In this document: positions 57,309 through 64,000 of the stretch, one piece after another
Layout: each line of letters begins with the position of its first letter
Numbering within the stretch: the stretch's first letter is position 1
Source: Candidatus Latescibacterota bacterium
Lineage (GTDB): Bacteria; Latescibacterota; CBDEFO01
NCBI GenBank assembly: GCA_965248755.1
Contig: OZ252149.1
Span: 2,752,001 to 2,816,000 of the forward strand
DNA length: 64,000 bases
Reading direction: 5' to 3'
Made by a program: the position numbers and the translations under genes
Notes under the pieces: generated by a model
What the model was told of the DNA's origin: nothing
What the model saw: only the letters and a program-made list of their open reading frames with translations
Database searches by the model: none

Positions 57309-57344
57309 TAGACAGGGTACATCCTCCCATCCCGTTTAAACTGC

Positions 57345-58151
57345 TCAAAAACGGGCGGACTTCAAAAGACCTGTTAACGTCTCTGTGTAATCACCTATCT
57401 TCGATACTAAAGATTCATCATTCGTCCACTGGCCTATTCTCCTGACGATCGCGCTGCCCACGACCACAGCATCTGCACAACTTGCCACCTGGACTACCTG
57501 CTCGGGTTTGGAGATTCCGAAGCCTACTGCTACAGGAATGTCCGTATGATCCCTTATCTTACTTACCATCGCCCCTATTGAATCTTCAAGTTTATCTCTT
57601 TCTCCTGTCACTCCCGTTCTGGAAACGTAATACACAAACCCGGATGCCATCTTTGAGATCAGTGCTATCCTCTCCTCTGTGCTCGTCGGGGAAAGCAGGA
57701 ACACGGTCTTGACTCCTCTTTCGTCCATCAACGCCTTGTACTCATTCCCTTCTTCAGGCGGAAGGTCTAACAAGAGCACTCCGTCAATGTCCGCCTCGGC
57801 ACACCTTTTCACGAACCTATTCACGCCGTATCTATGCACAGGATTAAAGTAAGTAAAGAGTACAATCGGAATCTGCGAGCTTTCCCTTAATTCCTCCGCC
57901 ACATCCAGCACATCTTTCAGCGAGACCTTATTTTTCAGCGCCCTTTGGGAGGCTTCCTGAATCACAGGTCCATCTGCCAGTGGGTCTGAAAACGGAACTC
58001 CCAACTCGATAATATCCACACCTCTTTTTTCCAGCTCGATTACCAGCTCTTTGGTAACCTTCAGAGTCGGATCTCCCGCCGTAATATATGCCACAAACCC
58101 TTTCTGATTTGCACTTTTCAACTTCTCAAACTTTCTGTCTATCCTGTTCAT
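57345..58151 (-). CDS. trpA: Tryptophan synthase alpha
   Basis: [33 protein letters not shown]. Confidence 0.97.
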   Translation of the reverse strand: MNRIDRKFEKLKSANQKGFVAYITAGDPTLKVTKELVIELEKRGVDIIELGVPFSDPLADGPVIQEASQRALKNKVSLKDVLDVAEELRESSQIPIVLFTYFNPVHRYGVNRFVKRCAEADIDGVLLLDLPPEEGNEYKALMDERGVKTVFLLSPTSTEERIALISKMASGFVYYVSRTGVTGERDKLEDSIGAMVSKIRDHTDIPVAVGFGISKPEQVVQVASCADAVVVGSAIVRRIGQWTNDESLVSKIGDYTETLTGLLKSARF

Positions 58152-59341
58152 ACTTTCTGTCCTATATACTTAGCCGCCTCCTGAACGTCTTTGTCCCCTC
58201 GACCTGAAAGGTTAATTATGATAATATCGTCTTTATCACCAGCTTTTGCAGCTTTAACCGTGTAGGCTACAGCGTGGGCGCTTTCAAGGGCGGGAATGAT
58301 CCCCTCCAGCTCACTTAGCATAGAGAAGGCCTCGATGGCTTCATCGTCCGTAGCATAAGTGTACTCGACCCTGCCTTGATCTCTCAGGAAGCTGTGTTCG
58401 GGTCCCACGCTCGCATAGTCCAGCCCGGCTGACACAGAATGCGTGGTGCTGATTTGACCGTCATCGTCCTGGAGCACGAAGCTCTTTGTCCCTTGCAGAA
58501 CTCCCAAGCCTCCGGTCTGAAACCTGGATGCGTGCTTTCCCGTCTCTATTCCCATCCCGCCGGCCTCGACGCCCACCATCCGTACAGATTTATCTTTCAA
58601 AAACTCGTAGAAGAGACCTATCGAGTTGCTTCCGCCTCCTACACAGGCACAGAGAAGATCCGGCAGCCTGCCCTCCTTTTCCAGAATCTGCTCTCTTGCT
58701 TCCAAACCTATAATCTTCTGAAAATTTCTCACGATCAGGGGATAGGGATGGGGACCTAACACCGAGCCTATGATATAGTGCGTGGTCTCCACATTCGTCA
58801 CCCAGTCTCTGATCGCTTCATTTATGGCATCCTTCAGGGTCCTGCTCCCCGAGGCTACAGGCGTCACCTTTGCCCCCAAGAGCCTCATCCTGAACACGTT
58901 TAAGGCCTGCCTTTCCATGTCCTCTGTCCCCATGTAGATCTCGCACTCCATCCCGAAGACTGCCGCCACAGTCGCCGTTGCCACTCCGTGCTGTCCCGCT
59001 CCTGTCTCGGCTATGATCCTCTCCTTGCCCATCCTCCTTGCAAGTAGGATCTGACCCAAGGTATTGTTAATCTTATGTGCTCCAGTATGGCATAGGTCCT
59101 CCCTTTTTAGGTATATCTTGGCCCCTTTCAGCTCCTCTGTCAGTCTCTCGGCAAAATAGAGCAGGGTTGGCCTCCCAGCGTACTGGCTTAAATAGTATCC
59201 CAATTCCTCCTGAAACCGTGTGTCACCTTTTGCGGTCTCATACTCATTTTCCAACTCCTCTAAAGCCGACATTAGCGTCTCAGGCACGAACTTCCCACCG
59301 TAGATCCCGAAGTGACCTGTCTTGTCAGGTGCAGTCTGCAT
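58148..59341 (-). CDS. trpB: Tryptophan synthase beta
   Basis: [43 protein letters not shown]. Confidence 0.98.
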   Translation of the reverse strand: MQTAPDKTGHFGIYGGKFVPETLMSALEELENEYETAKGDTRFQEELGYYLSQYAGRPTLLYFAERLTEELKGAKIYLKREDLCHTGAHKINNTLGQILLARRMGKERIIAETGAGQHGVATATVAAVFGMECEIYMGTEDMERQALNVFRMRLLGAKVTPVASGSRTLKDAINEAIRDWVTNVETTHYIIGSVLGPHPYPLIVRNFQKIIGLEAREQILEKEGRLPDLLCACVGGGSNSIGLFYEFLKDKSVRMVGVEAGGMGIETGKHASRFQTGGLGVLQGTKSFVLQDDDGQISTTHSVSAGLDYASVGPEHSFLRDQGRVEYTYATDDEAIEAFSMLSELEGIIPALESAHAVAYTVKAAKAGDKDDIIIINLSGRGDKDVQEAAKYIGQKV

Positions 59342-59353
59342 AGTTTCCTTCCT

Positions 59354-59986
59354 CTATTTACGGGTCACGTTGAATATGAACCTCTTCAGCTTCTCCCTGT
59401 CCTTTTTCCCGGGCTCCTTCTCAACTCCGCTTCCCACATCGACAGCATAGGGGTTTACTATCTCTACAGCCTCATTTACATTTTCGGGATTTAGTCCCCC
59501 CGACAGGATTATCCTGCCGAAGTTTTTGGCCTCTATGGCTATATTCCAGTCGAACGTCCTGCCCGTGCCGCCGTATAGACCCTTATCGTACGTATCCAGC
59601 AGAAATCCATCTACGTCGTAATCCCTCAAAGACGCCGCCTCGAAATCTTTATCTATTCTTATAGCCTTAATGACACCTCTTATAGCCTTAATCACACCTT
59701 TGTCAAACGAGGCGCAGAATTCCGGCGATTCATCACCATGGAGCTGAAGCAGTGTAATACCGGCCTTATCTACGATCTCCTCAATTTTCTCCTTCTCCTC
59801 GTTCACAAAGACCCCTACGGTAGTCACAAAGGGCGGCAGTCTATCGGTGATCTCCTTTACGGCAGCCGTAAGCACGTAGCGCGGGCTTTTCGGGTAGAAG
59901 ATAAATCCCAAAGCGTCCGCTCCCAGTTCGGCGGCATAAAGCGCGTCGTCTATGTTCGTAATTCCGCAGACCTTTATCCTTGTCAT
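59354..59986 (-). CDS. trpF: Phosphoribosylanthranilate isomerase
   Basis: KVCGIT, QLHGDE, GGTG, LSGGL, DVGSGVE. Confidence 0.95.
   Translation of the reverse strand: MTRIKVCGITNIDDALYAAELGADALGFIFYPKSPRYVLTAAVKEITDRLPPFVTTVGVFVNEEKEKIEEIVDKAGITLLQLHGDESPEFCASFDKGVIKAIRGVIKAIRIDKDFEAASLRDYDVDGFLLDTYDKGLYGGTGRTFDWNIAIEAKNFGRIILSGGLNPENVNEAVEIVNPYAVDVGSGVEKEPGKKDREKLKRFIFNVTRK
59657..59698. repeat. 21-bp in-frame tandem duplication in trpF
   Basis: GVIKAIR twice; the copies differ by one synonymous base. Confidence 0.92.
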
Positions 59987-60510
59987 TCTTCCAATTTAAA
60001 TGAGAAAAGCTGTACCACCGGGCGAAATTCCACAACGCCTATCTCTACAATTTGTCCCCGCATCGGCAGAGAAGCTCGTTGAGAGATCTCCACAGCTTTG
60101 GGAACCAGATTTGGATCCAGATCCATAGCGAGCGTACAGTGAGGGACCCAGCGCCCCGGAAGATAATTCTCCCACCAGGGTTCGCTGACGTCCCGGACGA
60201 AACGATGAAAGTAAGAGTGGATGTCCAAAAGCTTATGTGTGACCGTCGGCGCGAGGAACACTACTCCCCTTGGAAAGATACCGACATTTGACAGGGTTAC
60301 AGCAAAGGGGGATAGCTCCTTTGCAAACGATCTCAGTCTTGCCTTAAATTCGGCGATATTAAGCTCGTTACAGATAGCGAGCGTTGCATGAGGGGGATCG
60401 CCAGAATCGAGCATATAGGAACTAACCCCTGCCTCTGCGAGATCCTTCCATATATCTCGTATAGCAGTTTCACTATCCGAATCCAGATACATTACAATCG
60501 CAAGTGGCAT
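59983..60510 (-). CDS. 2H phosphoesterase (2'-5' RNA ligase family)
   Basis: Two HxT motifs (PHATL, PHCTL); likely ATG at 60510; ATGA overlap with trpF. Confidence 0.85.
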   Translation of the reverse strand: MPLAIVMYLDSDSETAIRDIWKDLAEAGVSSYMLDSGDPPHATLAICNELNIAEFKARLRSFAKELSPFAVTLSNVGIFPRGVVFLAPTVTHKLLDIHSYFHRFVRDVSEPWWENYLPGRWVPHCTLAMDLDPNLVPKAVEISQRASLPMRGQIVEIGVVEFRPVVQLFSFKLEE

Positions 60511-60587
60511 AACAAAAGACTTCTTTATGTTTTGACTCATATTTTGGGCAGGCGCTTCAGAGCCAGTGTGATCTTGGTGATTACCAT

Positions 60588-60625
60588 TTATAGTCTGCCA
60601 ACCTAATTATAGTCTGCTAACCTAA
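60588..60625. repeat. 19-bp tandem direct repeat
   Basis: TTATAGTCTGCCAACCTAA then TTATAGTCTGCTAACCTAA. Confidence 0.85.
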
Positions 60626-61452
60626 ACTCGTTTCCTGCACACAGCGATTAGATGTGTGCCCATATCCAGACAACCCGGCTCACGACAGGCCTCTATTTCC
60701 ATTTCCAAGAGGTGTTGCCAGATATCTCTGTCCTCTCGTAGAGTGCCCAGATGCTCTTCCCACGTGGCGGACAGGCAGTCGCTGGCTGAGAGTACCTCAA
60801 TGATAACCCCTGCCTTCTCGAGGAAGGCTCTAAACTCGTCAGCGCGATACATATGGCAGAAATGCTTTAAGACCGCGGACTTGTCTGGACCCAGATCTCC
60901 TGAGACTACGATCTTTCTGTTCACCTCGGGATCCACTTCGAGAACCCCGGGGAGAAAATGATGAACTGACCCCCATAGGCTCATCACCCCCAGGAAAAGC
61001 AATCCGCCCGGTCTGGTGACATGCAGAAGTTCCCGAATGGCTTTCTCTCGTTCATTAAACACGTAACTCAAAGGCCCTCCATAGCAGACCAGAGCGTCAA
61101 ATTCCCCTTCGTGGAAATGAGGTCGCAGGTCGCACATATCGCACTCGACCCAGTGTTCTATGGAGTCGGAGAATCCCAACGTCAGCGCGTTTTCCCGATT
61201 GAGTTGAAGCTGAATCGGCGAGATGTCTGCAACCACAATCTTCTCTGATATCCTGGCGAGCTCCTGTGTGAATCTCCCGGGGCCTGCCCCGATCTCCAAA
61301 ATACGGTGATGTGCCTGAAGATACTTCTGTAGATAGTACAGATGCACCTCGAACTTAATCTGCTGGACAGGGCTTTCGTCCCATCGCTCCCATTCTTTGT
61401 CGCCGTATTCGTTGTAATACGATCTCACCCAATCGGGATCATATCTTGTCAT
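60622..61452 (-). CDS. Class I SAM-dependent methyltransferase
   Basis: ILEIGAGPG, ADIS, GGPLSY, PGG; likely ATG at 61452. Confidence 0.87.
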   Translation of the reverse strand: MTRYDPDWVRSYYNEYGDKEWERWDESPVQQIKFEVHLYYLQKYLQAHHRILEIGAGPGRFTQELARISEKIVVADISPIQLQLNRENALTLGFSDSIEHWVECDMCDLRPHFHEGEFDALVCYGGPLSYVFNEREKAIRELLHVTRPGGLLFLGVMSLWGSVHHFLPGVLEVDPEVNRKIVVSGDLGPDKSAVLKHFCHMYRADEFRAFLEKAGVIIEVLSASDCLSATWEEHLGTLREDRDIWQHLLEMEIEACREPGCLDMGTHLIAVCRKRV

Positions 61453-61463
61453 GCGCAATTTGC

Positions 61464-62282
61464 TTAGTTGCCCGCCGATGAGCCTGATGGCTTCACAGCG
61501 CGGACATATAGATACTCTGCCGCGTGATCGCGCCACCTTTTCAGCCAGGGGTGCTCTTTACACACCTCCTCGGATGGGCGCGGTTCTTCGACTTCCTTCA
61601 AGGCGAATCCCGCCCCGATCAAAGCGTTGAGATATTCGGAGAGCGTCTTGGGAAACCTCGGCACAATAAACGGTGTAACATCCTCATTAACGGGAGCCTT
61701 TGAGAATCTCCAATGCAACACTACTGGCTTGTCGTTGAAATAATCGGAGACTGTAAATTTGATGCAATTGCCCTGCTCGTCACGTATCCACCCGTGACCT
61801 TTGGTAGAGAAACATGGATGAGTTATGCTGAAGATCAACTCGCCACCCAGTCGGAGCACTCTGCAGATCTCTTTGACAGCAGCTTCAAAGTCAGGGCTAT
61901 CCATCAGCGCCATGAATGAAACTACGACGTCGAAGGATGCATCGTCGAAGGTAGAAAGATCGCAGAAGAACGCCACCTCGTAGCGAATCCCAAGAGGTTC
62001 CCTTTTCTCTTCCTGAAGAGCAAATTCGATCATCTTCGGGGAAATATCCACGGCGACCATTCGCGCACCGCTTCTGGCCAAAAGCCGCGTGTTGTAACCC
62101 TCCCCACAGCCGGCGTCCAGGACCCTCATTCCATTAAGGTCGCCGATGAACCTAAAGAAGGCGGGATTGTTAAAGTGCTCGCGGTAGGCGTCCCAGCCTC
62201 TGCGGACATGGTCTGCCCATAAGTCCGCATTACGATCCCCATATCGGGCGACTTCCTCTTCGGATAATTCCGAACGCTTCAT
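61464..62282 (-). CDS. Class I SAM-dependent methyltransferase
   Basis: VLDAGCGEG, VDIS, FDVVVS, SITHPCF. Confidence 0.88.
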   Translation of the reverse strand: MKRSELSEEEVARYGDRNADLWADHVRRGWDAYREHFNNPAFFRFIGDLNGMRVLDAGCGEGYNTRLLARSGARMVAVDISPKMIEFALQEEKREPLGIRYEVAFFCDLSTFDDASFDVVVSFMALMDSPDFEAAVKEICRVLRLGGELIFSITHPCFSTKGHGWIRDEQGNCIKFTVSDYFNDKPVVLHWRFSKAPVNEDVTPFIVPRFPKTLSEYLNALIGAGFALKEVEEPRPSEEVCKEHPWLKRWRDHAAEYLYVRAVKPSGSSAGN

Positions 62283-62293
62283 CTCTTTAGCTC

Positions 62294-63085
62294 CTATCGA
62301 GCATTCTTACCTAATAATTCCCTTACTTTCTTACCGATGTCCCTCTCCCTTATCAATGCCTCGCCCACTAAAATCGCATCGGCGCCGGCGTCCTTGAGCC
62401 TTAAAACGTCCTCTCTCGTGTTGATTCCACTTTCGCTCACTACAGTTCTATCTTCAGGGATCTTATCTATTAAATCAAATGTGATCTTCAAATCCGTCGT
62501 AAATACTCTCAAGTCCCTGTTATTTATGCCTATGATCCTAGCGCCGGCATCTAATGCCCTGTTCAACTCCTCCTCGGTGTGCACCTCCACAAGAGCGGAC
62601 ATCTCCAACCTCTCGGCCAAGCCTGAGTAATTCCTCAACTGAGGGTCGCTCAAGATCGCCGCGATGAGCAAAATTGCATCCGCCTCCAATATCCTGGCTT
62701 CGTATATCTGGTATTCATCTACAATAAAGTCCTTTCTCAAAGCCGGAAGGTTTGAGACGCTTTTGATCATACCGATGTGCTCAGGTCTGCCACCAAAGTA
62801 CTTCTCATCCGTCAAAACCGAGATCGCAGTTGCTCCGTTCTCCTCGTAAATTCGCGCTATCTCTTCGGGATCGAAATCCTCTCTGAAGACGCCTTTGGAG
62901 GGGGACGCCCTTTTCACTTCTGCGATCAGTGAGATGTCCTTGTCCTTGATCAGGGCCCCGCCAAAATCCCTCGCCGGAGGGACGTCAGCTGCAGTGAGCT
63001 TTATCTCCTCTATGGGCTGCAGGGCTTTTGCATCCTCCACACAGCCTCTCTTGTAGTCTGCTATTTCGTCTAATATACCGGGCAT
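62294..63085 (-). CDS. trpC: Indole-3-glycerol phosphate synthase
   Basis: IAEVKRASPSKG, SVLTD, LRKDF, GINNRDL, SESGI, VGEAL. Confidence 0.97.
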   Translation of the reverse strand: MPGILDEIADYKRGCVEDAKALQPIEEIKLTAADVPPARDFGGALIKDKDISLIAEVKRASPSKGVFREDFDPEEIARIYEENGATAISVLTDEKYFGGRPEHIGMIKSVSNLPALRKDFIVDEYQIYEARILEADAILLIAAILSDPQLRNYSGLAERLEMSALVEVHTEEELNRALDAGARIIGINNRDLRVFTTDLKITFDLIDKIPEDRTVVSESGINTREDVLRLKDAGADAILVGEALIRERDIGKKVRELLGKNAR

Positions 63086-63111
63086 CCAGCTATCATCATC
63101 GATGTGTTTTG

Positions 63112-63162
63112 TTTAGGGGCGAGGTTACCTCGCCCGGTGGGCAGCGAAACCCTGACCCTAAA
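63112..63162. repeat. GTAG-type REP doublet
   Basis: TAGGGGCGAGGTTACCTCGCCC...GGGCAGCGAAACCCTGACCCTA. Confidence 0.6.
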
Positions 63163-63177
63163 TTTTTGTTTTAACGG

Positions 63178-64000
63178 TTAAGAATTACTGACGCTCTTTA
63201 GCTCTTCTAACTTCTCCATCGCCTTTCCAGAATCTATAGCTTCGGCCGCCAGTCTCATGCCCTCACCCAGACTATCTGTCAATCCACCTACCAGGATAGC
63301 AGCCCCGGCGTTCATTAACACGATGTCTCTTGTCGGACCCTTTGTCCCGCTCAAAACGTCCGTAACTATACGGGCATTTTCCTCTACCTCACCGCCCAGA
63401 AGGTCTTCCGTCTTAGCCCTCGAAAACCCGAAATCCTCGGGTGCGATCTCGTAGCTTTCCAATGCGCCATCTCTAAACTCGCTCACTTTCGTCCTGTCCG
63501 TTATCGTTATCTCATCGAGGCCGTCCATACCGTGAACCACAAGCGCATGCTCCGCGCCTAAATTTCCCAGAACCTGTGCAATTATGTCAGTCAAATTGCT
63601 ATCGTAAACACCCACTACCTGCCTTGTCGCCCCAGCAGGATTGGTCAGAGGACCCAGGATGTTAAAGATGGTCCTTACGCCTATCTCCCTCCTTGGACCT
63701 ATTGTGTATTTCATAGCTTTGTGCAAGGCGGGGGCAAATAGAAATCCAATGCCCACTTCATCAAGGCACTCCTCGACCTTCTCTGGCGGAGCCTCTACAT
63801 TCACTCCCAATTCCTTCAGCACATCTGCGCTGCCGCACTTGGACGACGCTGCCCTGTTTCCGTGCTTTGCCACACAGAGTCCAGCTCCCGCAGTCACAAA
63901 AGCAGCGGCGGTGGATATATTAAATGTCCCCGAACCGTCGCCGCCAGTTCCACAGGTATCCACGACGATTGCGTGCTCAGTCGCTATCTTGATCGCCTTC
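63178..64000 (-). CDS. trpD: Anthranilate phosphoribosyltransferase (5' end beyond the window)
   Basis: DTCGTGGDG, FNIST, KHGNR, GPLTNP, DGLDE; frame stays open to the right edge. Confidence 0.96.
   Translation of the reverse strand, partial: KAIKIATEHAIVVDTCGTGGDGSGTFNISTAAAFVTAGAGLCVAKHGNRAASSKCGSADVLKELGVNVEAPPEKVEECLDEVGIGFLFAPALHKAMKYTIGPRREIGVRTIFNILGPLTNPAGATRQVVGVYDSNLTDIIAQVLGNLGAEHALVVHGMDGLDEITITDRTKVSEFRDGALESYEIAPEDFGFSRAKTEDLLGGEVEENARIVTDVLSGTKGPTRDIVLMNAGAAILVGGLTDSLGEGMRLAAEAIDSGKAMEKLEELKSVSNS

Noticed and set aside
57257..57322. N-terminal extension MYPVYPRLNLSG... of chorismate mutase as a second coding insertion
   Set aside because: A better start with RBS lies at 57256, so this palindrome copy is intergenic

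Overview
Chromosomal window from a diderm bacterium (TolC, lipoproteins and a YfgM-like TPR protein are present; the lineage is not provable from this sequence). Almost all genes are on the minus strand. The right half is a long aromatic amino acid supercluster (trpD-C-F-B-A, chorismate mutase, aroF, tyrA, aroA, aroE, ubiE/menG, ribB, argS, aroC, aroK, aroB) that is repeatedly interrupted by accessory genes. The left half holds selA, purA, an Mre11/SMC-like pair, moeA with a tiny dihaem cytochrome, a MacAB-TolC-like exporter with three adaptors, iscS-nfu-iscA, folE-kamA, glcD and a truncated thiC. The most notable signal lies between aroK and aroB. It is an integrase-less array of integron-like gene cassettes (HAD, SDR, DUF5069-like, a HEPN-motif protein, possibly ddl) bounded by attC-like hairpins. 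Each run starts at a conserved attI-like non-coding element that follows both aroK and a diverged aroK 3' copy. Further attC-like sites occur near 10 kb and 18.5 kb. A 21-23 bp palindromic mini-element occurs in at least five places, nests in itself, and sits in frame inside a lipoprotein signal peptide. Several micro-duplications are visible (7x15 bp in selA, 21 bp in trpF, a 92 bp repeat flanking a methyltransferase). No integrase, transposase, CRISPR array, tRNA or rRNA was recognised. All family calls come from motif recognition, not database searches.
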